NCBI GenBank assembly: GCA_012026655.1
Contig: JAAILG010000005.1
Coordinates: forward strand, 62,001-126,000
DNA from: Hydrolagus affinis
Lineage: Eukaryota
Length of the DNA: 64,000 nucleotides
Reading direction: 5' to 3'
Positions 1 to 11,135 of the stretch are shown here, piece by piece. The notes beneath the pieces are model-generated. The model was not told the origin of the DNA, did not search any database, and worked only from the letters and a program-made list of their open reading frames with translations. Both the position numbers and the translations under genes were made by a program. Each line of letters opens with the position of its first letter. The first letter of the stretch is position 1.

Positions 1-382
1 TGAAAGTGAGCAACGATTTTCCTATTGTCAATAGTTAGCAGTGCTGCTAACTCACATTTAATAGAACTTTAACACTGACGCAACCTCCCAATACAAATGT
101 AATGAAAGTAGAAACTTTTAGTTTAGACACTGGAAAGGGGAAAATAAAAGAAATCCAACCTTTATGTGAATCAGTAATGATTTAGATTGTAACAGTTCAG
201 GAAAATCCCCAACAAAGCATTACATTACGGTTTCTGATGGACTAGGGAAGATATTCTGTCCAGTTTATCAGTCTACTTTAATACAGTTCATCTAAAGATG
301 ACATAATTTAAAGTTAAATACAATTTACATTTAAATTCAAGCACCTGTCGAGAGGCTGAATTGATCCAATTTTTCCATTCCT

Positions 383-408
383 CACACGCACACACACACA
401 CACACGCA
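383..408. repeat. (CA)n microsatellite
   Basis: cacacgcacacacacacacacacgca. Confidence 0.9.
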
Positions 409-549
409 TACTCTTTTCCTTTTTTGAGGTTAGTAATGCATATTAAGAGTTCCACAGACACTGGCTACACAATGAGTATTAAAAGGCACGTTTGCCCTTG
501 AAAGTATCGTAGCCAAGCCCAACCCTTGGCATCAACCAATATTAGCATA

Positions 550-670
550 GTCAAGGCTAATATTCCAGTGCAGTGCTGGAAAAATACTGGGTTTGTCAGA
601 GGTGCTGTCTATGGATGAGATGTTAAACCAAGGTGCCATCTGTTTTATCTGGGTGGATGTTTAAAAATCC
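550..670 (+). mobile_element. DeuSINE (SacSINE1-like) internal fragment
   Basis: ccagtgcagtgctgg...gaggtgctgtctatggatgagatgttaaaccaagg matches the Deu-domain signature GGATGAGACGTTAAACCGAGG. Confidence 0.75.
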
Positions 671-934
671 AAATATTGTTAAAAAAAACCCAGGTAGGGG
701 GATTCATATTTTTATTAATTTAAAACATTCAGCCTTTTTGTGCCTTTGTTGATATAAACAAGAGACTGCCATGAAGGATAATATGATTAAATACGATTGA
801 TGTTGAAGTAATATATCAATGCTTATTTATTCTATGTATGAAAACCAGCAAAATCAATAACAGACAAGCACGATCATCTGTAGTAAATCTGGAACATTTT
901 TTGACTAACACTGTTTGACATTTATTTTTTGCAG

Positions 935-1317
935 CTTATAGCATGACACGGCATGATTACTGCAAATTGCTTAAAGACAACTGGGAATGTGGGGAACAAG
1001 TTCTCTACAGGGAGATTATTAATCTGAGGAACCAACAACGTATTTTACAATGGCATCAAGGCAATTTATTTGTCACTAAGACTTGGACCTGCATTTATCA
1101 AAAGAAAGACAACAGCATTTTTCAGTCAAATCAAATTGCGCTTTTACCAAACTATCTGCAACAGTACAGTTTATTCAAAGAAGAACTCTCAAGGCGATTG
1201 GCAGCTCATGCAGTCAACGTGTTTAACCCAAACTACAACCATTATGGTTCAGGAACTTTGGGTAGAAGGGATAGATTAAACATGCAGACTTGCTCAAGTG
1301 AATTGTTCCTCCTATGA
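935..1317 (+). CDS. Putative terminal coding exon (~127 codons) of an unidentified gene whose upstream exons lie left of the window
   Basis: Branch point CTAAC at 905-909, pyrimidine tract and cag acceptor ending at 934, uninterrupted frame (YSMTRHDYCKLLKDNW...FNPNYNHYGSGTLGRR...SSELFLL*) to TGA 1315-1317, AATAAA 100 nt downstream; protein-like composition, no TE similarity recognised. Confidence 0.55.
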
Positions 1318-1418
1318 AAAATACCAGTGCTGAAGTCTAGTACCATTGCTTGTCCTCCCATTGTCAGATGGAGAACATGCAGGGATCTGCAGGTTGGCAT
1401 CAAACTACATTGGACTCA

Positions 1419-1424
1419 AATAAA
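1419..1424 (+). terminator. Candidate polyadenylation signal for the 935-1317 exon
   Basis: AATAAA 101 nt after the stop, GT-rich (TTG)n downstream. Confidence 0.35.
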
Positions 1425-1501
1425 TGAAGCCCTTTGCATTAAGTAGTCTCAAAACATTGCTTGGTGTTGTACAAGTGTAATTTTGTTGTTGTTGTTGTTG
1501 A
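1425..1501 (+). mobile_element. Decayed L2-type LINE/SINE 3' tail ending in (TTG)n
   Basis: ggtgttgtacaagtgtaattttgttgttgttg resembles tail ggcgctatacaaatgtaattttgttgttg seen in many copies in the window. Confidence 0.55.
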
Positions 1502-2444
1502 TGATGTTGATAAATACTCAAACCCAAATCTTTTCTTTTAAAAAACAAGGAGTTTTTCAGGTTGCCTACTTTTGGCTTAGAGCACCTTTAACACCTTTCC
1601 TTAAAACTGAGTTAGGGTGATACAGTAAACTTGGATTGCAGTAGATGCTCAACTGATCATCTTAAATCATATGCTTTGTTTCACTGCATGTTTGGAACTC
1701 ACAATTACAGCTGTATGCTCTTATAAACCCAAACATTTTTGTCAGTTTACATATTTATCATTATATTAAGAGTCTGTTTTCATGTATGTCTCCACTTCAC
1801 CAGCTGACCCCTACATTATGAATTTGATCCAATAAATTAGTCACTTGGGCCTTACGTGATGTTATACGCAGACCCACACAATCCTAGTGAAGGCTTTACT
1901 GTAACAGTTAGACGTGAGATATCTAGCCCAGATTGTTTTTGACTCTGAGTGACAATATATCATTGGTGCAGTCTTGCTAGTTTTTCTTTAACAAGTCCTT
2001 GGGAAGAGATTAGAACAGTGAAACACATTAGTTCATGACAAGATGATTGAAGGAGCACTTTCTTGTTTAAGGAAACGGTTTCCACCGGCTTTGGCCCCTA
2101 ACTCACTCTCTGTTGTTCTTTCATACAAAATGTGGTTTGAATTGTAATCTTTTAATACTGACAGTTAACATTAGGGACTTGATTTAGCAGGCTTCATATC
2201 CTGTTTTTGTTGATTTATAATATTCAAATGCTGACTGCATTTGGAAGATTACAGCAGTAAATGTAACCTCTGGTGTTGTAACAGAGCCAGAGTTTGTGCT
2301 GTGATGCCTGAAGTCATAGATTTGGGGCACTATCGCACATTCCAGGTAACCTTTGTAACCAGGAAGGTCATGGTTTAACGAATGGAGACAGAGGCTTGCC
2401 ATACGTTTTGTTTTATTACGCCCCAGGTTAATTTAATTGTAAAT

Positions 2445-2553
2445 AATTCACCCACATACATACAATCAATTCACTTTACAGTATATTCTGTGAAGCGCTT
2501 TGAGACGTCCAGAAGACACGCAAAGCGCTATATCAAATGCAAAGATTATTATT
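2445..2553 (+). mobile_element. SINE family A 3' tail (L2-type tail, (ATT)n end)
   Basis: caattcactttacagtatattctgtgaagcgctttgagacg...gcgctatatcaaatgcaaagattattatt; >10 near-identical copies in window. Confidence 0.9.
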
Positions 2554-2869
2554 AAATACAGAATATTCAATGCCTCCATGTATCTGTGGCAAGCACTTTT
2601 AGAGTGATATAGGAAACTCCGTATATATCATTCTGATCACTACAGAGTCTCAACCTATTCATTACATCTTCATAAAATCATAGTGAAAAGATAACAATCT
2701 ATAAGAATCTAGCTAATCTCTTGCTAGGGTACAGTGCACCAAAGGTGTTGACTCTTATACCTAAACATATACCTGTGGAACTCTGCTGACCAAAACCAAA
2801 ACTGGGATATGAGGATATTAAAAACTGAGCCAGGGATAAACCGAACACAAGTGTAAAACCAAAATGATA

Positions 2870-2931
2870 CAACAACAACAACTTTGATTTATATAGTGCC
2901 CTCCATGTTGGATGGTGTCTCAGAGCGCTTC
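2870..2931 (-). mobile_element. L2-type 3' tail
   Basis: caacaacaacaactttgatttatatagtgccctccatg...tctcagagcgcttc; near-identical copy at 32197. Confidence 0.75.
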
Positions 2932-3010
2932 AAAATAGCAGTAACTCAGCTTGTAAAAATATTGCTTAGTGTGGAACTAAGTCTGGTCTTACTGTAGCAA
3001 AAGTATCAGT

Positions 3011-3332
3011 CTGACTCAGTTGGTAATACTTTTGCCTCCGAGTCAAAAGATTATGTCTTGAGACCTCAAGGTGGGACTCTGAACTTATAGTTTAAGCTGA
3101 TTCTTCAGTACAATCCTGGGGGGTAAGCATTGCATTGGCAGACCATACATTCTTTGGATGAGACGTTAAACAAAGGGTCTGTTTGTGGGACTCTGCTGTG
3201 CAATTGGCTGTCGTGTTTCGCCCACAAATTATACAGTCAAATCAATTTACAGTATATTCTGTGAAGCGCTTTAAGAGGTTTCGAAGATGTGCTAAGGCGT
3301 AATATCAAATGCAAAGATTATTACTATTATTA
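3011..3332 (+). mobile_element. DeuSINE head joined to family A tail (internally deleted or chimeric SINE)
   Basis: gactcagttggt...gcctccgagtca tRNA-like head, ggatgagacgttaaac Deu start, then directly gtttgtgggactctgctgtgcaattggctg...aaatgcaaagattattactattatt. Confidence 0.75.
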
Positions 3333-3399
3333 TCCTGTAAAGCACTTTGAGCCACTGACCACTTGAGAAGGCACAAAATCAAATTATTATCGCATAAAT

Positions 3400-3620
3400 C
3401 AGGCAGACTAGGCTTCAGGTTCAATAACCTACATGTGCTGAAATAGCTGATCTCAGCCTGGGTAGAAATAAGGGTACAATAACTAGCTTCACTTCCATTT
3501 GTTAGCCCAAAGAAAATGATCAGATAAAAGAATCCCATTCCTGATTCCTATACAATAATTTCTCCCCCGATGGAAAAGTAGGCGTGAGTGGACATGGGGG
3601 TGAGGATTGGATCAAGGAAC
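3400..3620 (+). mobile_element. LFSINE_Vert-like SINE fragment
   Basis: tgtgctgaaatagctgatctcagcctggg ... gtggacatgggggtgaggattggatc. Confidence 0.7.
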
Positions 3621-4569
3621 ATATTAGTGGAATGGAGCCAACACCTGCGGAACTCCAGGATAAGCTAGTTTTTGTTTTTCCTGTGTGTGTGTAAAAAAAA
3701 TGAAAATGTTTAGATTTATTCTCCCCTTATCGTGATATATAGGAGGAGAGAATTACATGTGAAATTCCCTTTTAGCTCATGGGAAACAGATGGATTCCAT
3801 GAAATAGTTGGATGTTGGAAATAAGCAGCTTGTTAGGTTTGAGAAATGGTAAGTACTTGTCCAACACACATTTTAGGCAAAAATCCCAGATCAGTTAGTT
3901 TGAACAAATATTTATAGCAACTATTTCACGCACACTGTGTTTTTTTTTTAAAAAGCCAACATTAGTTCAAGGCAAATATATGTATAAATAATAATATGGT
4001 TTTTGAGGTTTATGTCTTGTAGTGTTTGATGCTTTTCACTTTTAGGGTGGAATGTCCTATGAATTATTGTACTACCAGGAAAGCATGCAGATATGCAGGG
4101 AGGAATGAAGGGCAGCAGCAAACTATGCCAGTCAGTGTGTTTGTCAAAACCTTCTGCATCACTTACTGTATCCACAAAGGTTACACATATCTGCAAGCCA
4201 AAACAAACACACACTAATATTTATTCCTCTTTAAAGGGTGCTTTGGTCACTAAATGGACACCATGTGCATTTAACACAATCACTGCACGCTACCACTCCC
4301 CTTTCCAGAAACTGCTTCTATTTTGCACATTGCTAGCTACGATAAGAGTGTACAGTATAGAACAAATGTTGCAGAACAGAAGTGGGAATGGGCTCAAATC
4401 CAATGTCAAGTCTAGGTTGACAATTCAGGGAATTACTGGAGGAACAAGGCATTGTCAGAGATGCCTAGATTTTAGGTTGGACTTCAAAGATCTATTCATT
4501 ATTGTCCTGTGCAACAATCCTTTAAATCATTAAAACATTCCTTTTCTGACTATTTGAGGAGGTTAGCTG

Positions 4570-4690
4570 GTGCTGACGTGGTGGCTGCCACGTTTTCCTA
4601 CAAAACAGTCACTTTACATGATGGTGATTACATAAAAAACACTTTTTGACATCACTATATAAGGTATTGTGAAAATTCAAGCTCTCTTTA
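4570..4690 (+). mobile_element. DeuSINE 3' tail fragment
   Basis: tggctgccacgttttcctacaaaacagtcact. Confidence 0.55.
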
Positions 4691-6299
4691 CCAGTCCCAA
4701 TAATTATTAACCTTTATCTTGGTAAATTGTTTTGCTAAATTTCAGTTCGTTCTTACCTCCAAGGGGTAAGAGGTTTATTAGAAGTGAGAAGATACCGGTC
4801 CACGGCAAGTTGCTACAGATTCCCTTAAACATCTTCTAACAGCTGCATTAGGAAGTCGATGTCACAACAGTTCCTGTTGAAAGCAAGTCATCTCCCACCA
4901 TAGAAGCCACTGTTTGTACAGCCAGCTCCTCCAACCTCCTCTCATCAAGCTCATCATTCCACCCAGACTTGTCAGTCTGTCAAAGCAATGGATGTGACGG
5001 GTCTAAAATCCTGTCAGAGGACAACCAGTGAAGTGACAGGTCAATCCCACCAGTCAGTCAGTATCTCAGTGGTCCAACGTCCTGCTGAGTTTTATGTATA
5101 TAGTGTTTGTCAGCAGCTGTGTTAGCACAGTCTTTCCTGCTGACAATCCAAGCGTAATAGAGTCATTGTGGCGGCCATTCAGAAGGCACTTCAAACCCAA
5201 AAGAAAATTGATGAGGCGTGTAACACAGCACAACCTCACAATTAATCACACATTTAGAGAAGCACCATCTCCAGCTGCTTCATATAGTTAATGCTGGAGA
5301 TGACCAGCATGTCCCAAGAACAATCTTGCTAAATGCTAATATGAGCTAATTGGTCGCGAACTGCCAGTTCTTCAGACGCTGTCGCACAATCGGCCTGTCT
5401 TGATACAATGTTTGCTCTCCCAACGTTTCAAGGAAATCAGACCCGAAAATAATGCTAAAACAACACCATAGAAGGTATTTAAATGTAAGACAGATGTTTT
5501 GTGTGCACTGTAGAATGACAGTTTCGTTTGGTCAAAATTTAAAATTCTTCAATCCGAATACACAATCAACTAATCGATCTAAATAGAAGGTGCAAACAAT
5601 CTACACCATCAGTGCAGAGGAAAATCTCAATTCTCAAACATTCTTGTCCATTATATAAAGTTTCATTACGTGTACAGAAAGTTGGAAAAGGACAGGCTAC
5701 TTCCTAGACCGCTAAACCCTGGTGATCTATGGCCTTACCTCAATCACTTGGCCAAATCAATCCTCCAGTTTACCCACATCACTAAGACCCTTCAATTGAA
5801 GGCTTGGGGACTTTTACTGCTATGGAGTAAACGAGCAGTTCAGCGTAGTTATATTATGTACACAATATATCTATATATATATATATTTAAATATGGCAGT
5901 TTGTTACCAACCTGAAACTGATATTTGTTTGGATTAATTTCACCTCTGGGATGGGTACCATTCCCTTAGCGGAGAGAGTAATCAAACAACTAACCACACC
6001 AGCTGCTAAATCAGAGGGATCTGGCAACCAATCTTCCTTCCATCCTTATACGGTAATCAGTAGTTGGAACAGGATTGTTGAGTCCAAGATATTGGACTAC
6101 ATCAGAGACAATGTTATGCTGTAATGGGGAGCCATTAGAGCTAGTATTCAGTAAGGTTGAGATCAAATTGGCCGAAGGACCTTCTTCCCCCCCCAAATTA
6201 TTTTGTGATCTTGTCATCTGAGTGGCTCCACCACCAGCCAGGCTAGGTTCAGGTACATCTTATGATGGTCACTGAAAATAGAAATTGTTCTAATAAAAT

Positions 6300-6400
6300 T
6301 ATAACAATAATCTTTGCATTTGACACAGCACCTTATCGTGCCGTTGAGACATCTCAAAGCGCATCACAGAATAAACTGTAAAGTGGATTGACAGTATATT
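6300..6400 (-). mobile_element. SINE family A 3' tail
   Basis: aataatctttgcatttga...cacagaataaactgtaaagtggattgacagtatatt. Confidence 0.85.
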
Positions 6401-8399
6401 GATGGCATGTTTTGTTGTATCTTGAAAAGGGGATCATCTGTTATAAAGAGGAAATGATAAATCACAATTTGGGGGTGATCGGAGTATGATTGTTCCACCA
6501 GTGAGCAGCTGGTGTAGATTCATGGTTTAAGGGCAACTGAAATATTTGCGCAAAAGCTGGATGCGCAACACGTTAAAATAACAGTTGAGATGACTTTCCT
6601 CTGGAACCTCTTCTGCAGGTGCTCTGAGTGATAGCCTGTGTACACCTTTCTGTCAACCAGCAGCTGATGAGAACGAAGTTAGCGGTCGGAAACAGTTAAC
6701 AGTTGGGGGTGCCATGCTCATTCTGTTTGTTTATGTTTCAGAAGGAAACCATGTGACTAGTCAGCACATTGTTATTGTTAGAGGGTTAATGATTGGGTTT
6801 CAATTTTCAGGAGGACCAACATGGTTTGTTTAAACAGGGAAGGTCCTACCAAGGTCAGACCATGACAGCTCATTAAGGAATTGCGTGTTTAGCCCATGTG
6901 TAAAAGGAAGCTAAAGGTTTAAGTTCAGTTCGACCTTCTTTGCAGAAGACCAGAGGAGATAAGCTCAAGAAAGTTATATGACGAGGAAAAGTCCAAAGAC
7001 TTTCAGCGATCTCTTATCCAATACTCTTCCAACAGAGCAATGTTGAATCTAACAAATACAAAGACACCACACTCAGCAACAAATACCAGTGAAACGCTTT
7101 GAGACATTTCGATGTTGTAGGCACAATGTGAAAAGGCAAAGGATTTTATCTTTATATATAAGGAAGGTTGGTGACCAAGGTGCTGAAAGTCACTCTCCCA
7201 CCTTCCTTACAGCGAGCAGACGTCACGTTTCCACAGCTTTTTAATATCTATATCACGTCGGCATTCGTGTGCAATACCGACTGACTCGTAACAAGATACC
7301 CTCAGAGCTCTCGAAACACACTTTAGAAATACATTTTCACAAATGATATACGACAACTGTTGTTTTTAATTAACAGGGAAACCAGCGAGCAAAGCTCACC
7401 ACTTGGGTGCGGATGAGAGCAAATCTATGTGCAGGAATTCTTGTGGTCTGGCAGGTTAGATGCACATACAAAAAAAAAAGATACTTATGTTATGTGTTGC
7501 AGGGGAGCTGAAGCAGATGTTGGGGCTTTGAGTTGGCAATGTCCCCAGCTGCTGGCAGCAAGTCATTGCATACAGGCTGCAGGGTTCAGAGGAGAAGTAC
7601 CCTGGGACCATTTGTTCATAAACACAGCTGAGAGCCAGCAACCTGCTCTGTTCTCTCCTTAGGCTGTGCCGAAGGTTTTTTTTTGTGTGCTCTATCTCAC
7701 TACGAGAGGAAAAGCAGGCACAAATTGCTCCTGCAGCCCACGCTGTACAGAAATAATTAAACAGTTCTGCTTAATCCCACGAGCCCATCATTTGTTATGT
7801 TCAATCTCTAAATGTCTGCTCTTTGGGAACGCCTGAAGCTAGGATGCTACTGGCTCGGAAAATGGCCTTTTTAATTGAAATGGAACGTTTTCAGAAATCC
7901 TGCAAAGACGGAATGTTTATAAGAAGATGTTTCTGGTGCACCAAATCTTTTCCATCTAACAAACAATGAGGTCTGATGTGCCCTCTTCCTACATGGCAGG
8001 AAGTAATGTGGTCCTGGTATAACATGTTACCAAATCCTTCCTCTAAACTGAGTGACATCTGCGTTCTAATAAAAACATTCCACTCTCAAAACACCAGGAA
8101 ATGCTGAGAAATCAAGCCAAGAGTTTTGAAACATCCATTCACGGTTTCAGATCTTTGTGAGGCAAATGTTAGGAATTCAGGATAATTCTACCCATTAGTA
8201 ACTCTGATCTGCTTCTTTTTTGAATCTGTTTGACCTCTGTTTACTGCACTTCTGTTCACAGGCATCCCCCGGGACTTCACCCAAGTGGTCATTGTTCATC
8301 CCTCCATGGTCTTGATCCATCCTCACCCTGTGACCTCCAGTGACCCGACTGCTACAGCCATGAAAACACATTCCCCGCCTGGTCAACTCCAGCCCCCTC

Positions 8400-8476
8400 C
8401 TCCGCTCAGCTGTATAAAGCACTTGGAGACGACCTCCTGACATGAAAGGTGCTATACAATTGTAAATTATTGTTGT
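8400..8476 (+). mobile_element. L2-type LINE 3' tail (may extend upstream to ~8260)
   Basis: aagcacttggagacgacctcctgacatgaaaggtgctatacaattgtaaattattgttg. Confidence 0.7.
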
Positions 8477-8504
8477 GTGAGTCTTGACAGAGATGCAAAC
8501 TCCT

Positions 8505-8620
8505 ATTGCTGCCCAAGATCAACTAACCCAACATAGTCTGGGGATTTAACCTGAAATATCTTAGTCTGTGTGGGTCACTCTCACAGGAGGACCACATTTA
8601 CCAATTGAGCTGTCAGAGGA
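8505..8620 (-). mobile_element. LFSINE_Vert-like 5' fragment
   Basis: agatcaactaacccaacatagtctgggatttaacctg...atttaccaattgagct (reverse of head and gctgagttagctgatct motif). Confidence 0.55.
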
Positions 8621-9929
8621 ACTCACTCAATGAAATCTACACACCTGGGATCGTAAATGTTAGCCATGTTGATACTTCTGACCAGCAATTAATCATTTGC
8701 ATGTAATCCAATCCTCTCCCAGTGTTTTTGTTTCTTTTGCTAGTTTCTCCAATCTTTTCAATAACTTTTCTTCACCATCTCGGTTTCCCTGCCACTCCCT
8801 CAAAATTTCTCCACTTGTTACTATCCCCAAGAGAAGGATCAGAGTCATGTTGTGGGTGCCCTGACTTACAAGTGCTTTTCACTGTAAATCCACAGCTTTA
8901 CAGAGCTTTACAGAGAATGAGGGCAAAGAAATGGGATTGGGTCTCCGCAGTGAGGACTGGGAGTCATTTAAATGGGAACCATAAAATGATAGCTTTGCAG
9001 GCCAGATGTGAAAGTAACCGAGATAGTATTTGACAAGCTGTCCAGTGTAAGAAAGGGGAGAAATGTTTTGGTGAACAATCTGTCACAAGCATTTTTGTAA
9101 ATTGGAATATTTCAGACCAAAATCTTATAATATGAGCAAAAGAAAGATAAGATACCTGGAAATATCAACATAAAAAACACAGTCATCTAAGCTTGACATA
9201 ATTCATTTAACATCAAAATGTAATTCATGAAATGTGAGTATTTTATGTAATGTATTATCATGAATTAGAGTCTAAATTAAGGAAAATCTTATCAAGAAAC
9301 CTTAGGAAAGAATCCTGATTGTGCAAATGGGAACTCTACTCCAATGCCATGTACTTTCAGAATGGTGTTCCCAATGAGAATTGTAACAGGGTTCCTTATT
9401 AAAGAATCCCTTTAAGAAATACCGCAAATTAGACTCCAGTGTGTACGGATAATTTATCTGTGAAGGTATGAAATTTTAAATGGTTATAAGTTCCACTCCA
9501 ATTTCCCCCCTGACATACATACATAAATACACAAAGTCTGGAAAAATAACAAGCATTGATTCTGAGCTAATGGCTGGCGATAGGGTTCCCAATGTTTTGC
9601 CAAATTCAAAACCGGACAGAAGGCAGGATGTGGGAAGGGTAAGGGTGGGAACATGGCTTGGGTTCTGAGGTTTGCTTTCCTGATCATTAAAGTTCACTAA
9701 AAATGTTAATAACCTTAATTATTATTGCTTCCACATCACAGACATGCAAGTAGAAAAGAATGGACTTTTAAAAAACAGGCTTTTGGTGTTTGCTTTTCAT
9801 TTGGGAATTTTGAGACAGCAAACTCAAGCGGATTGCCAAACCTAGTGGTTATACTAAGATCCTTTAATTCAGCAGAATTATTGAGTTGCTTTATCAGTGT
9901 AATATTAGTACTTGTGTTCAACGTCACAA

Positions 9930-10026
9930 ATGGGGAAATGGGATTAAAAGATCAGCCATGATCTAATAAACTAGCAGACAGGTTCAATGGCTTCACTGGT
10001 TTCCTCCTGTTCCAATGTTCCAATGT
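9930..10026 (+). mobile_element. CR1 LINE 3' tail
   Basis: agatcagccatgatctaat...gcagacaggttcaatggc...ctcctgttccaatgttccaatgt, typical CR1 3'UTR with octamer-like repeat end. Confidence 0.7.
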
Positions 10027-10982
10027 CATAGTGTGTGAGCTGAAGATGTACAGAGCCACAGAGACAAAAGCCTCAAAAGACTCCTGTCAGCCTAAAATAA
10101 GCATTAAACCACAGCACTTTCTTTGTTTACCTCAATCTGCTAGTATTGTCTTGGGATATTGTTGTGCAAACTCAGGTGAGATTTATTCCATTGGATTAAA
10201 TAAAATCAATGCATTCTCCAGGACTAACTCTTGAAGTTTCTATTCCAACACATGTCTCTTGTGTAATTTAAAAATAGAGTGTGGGCAAAAAATAGTCTAT
10301 TGTACTTGGCAGATAATAATGGTGCTGGATCCGGTGCTTAATCCTGCAGGTCTACTTTGTAAAAGAAATTCCAAACTGAGCTCTAGTAGCTACTCAAGAA
10401 GCAAGATAGTCTTTCATGTAATCCCAGTCTCTGGAGTGCTGGGGAGGGTTAGTTGCCTTCAACAATGAGTTGGCTACTGGTGGAGTTAGGTACAAAGGAT
10501 TCTTCCATTAGCTCAGAGCTGATGTTTAAGTAAATTGTCGCTTTACTCTGTGAGTTTCTGTCATTTGGTGAATTAGCTTCCAGCAAATGATATCATCTGT
10601 TCGGCCACAACATGAAAGGCATCCCCAAATGTATCTTAAAATGTGTATAAACAATTAGCAACCCACTGCAGAAATCACACTGCGCCAAATTTTTAGACAC
10701 AGAATTTTTAAATGGCTACGCCTGATAATTTAAAAAAAAGAAATTGTCCCAAAACTTTATGAAATTTTCCCACTCTCCAAAACTCCCATAACTTTGGAAT
10801 TGCTTTGCCTGAGGGAGATGGAGCATCTGGTACAGCAGAGAACACAGTGCAAGTTTCAGAGCAGTCTGTGCTTGGAACCATCAAAAAGGATAACCCTGCA
10901 TTAACTGTCTTGCCCTGTAATAAGCCTGTTCTCAGATACTACCCTAAACATCTGCACATCATCGCAATACAGGCATGACTGC

Positions 10983-11135
10983 GATCTTCTGATCTCAATG
11001 TCGCAAGTATGATTTCTGCTCTCAATGTCATGCGTGGGATCCTCTGCTCTCGATGACACTAATGTAATCCTCTCTCAATGTCATGAGTACGATCTCCTCT
11101 CTCCGTGTCATGTGTGTAATCCTCTGTTACAATGG
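10983..11135. repeat. Degenerate ~27-bp tandem repeat, ~5.5 units
   Basis: Units such as gatttctgctctcaatgtcatgcgtgg / gatcctctgctctcgatgacactaatgt / aatcctctctcaatgtcatgagtac. Confidence 0.75.

Noticed and set aside
4093-4533. Longest ORF (146 aa) as a gene
   Set aside because: No recognisable domain, no supporting splice structure, composition like translated AT-rich non-coding DNA
4983-5015. In-frame TGA as selenocysteine, or ILDPSHPL as a Rex1 LINE motif
   Set aside because: No SECIS or selenoprotein similarity; the downstream Rex1 LPSGRR motif is absent
6092-6103. miR-455-like ttggactacatc
   Set aside because: Only the 3' 12 nt match; no seed and no hairpin
10983-11135. CRISPR-like array
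   Set aside because: Contiguous degenerate units without unique spacers, vertebrate context, no cas genes
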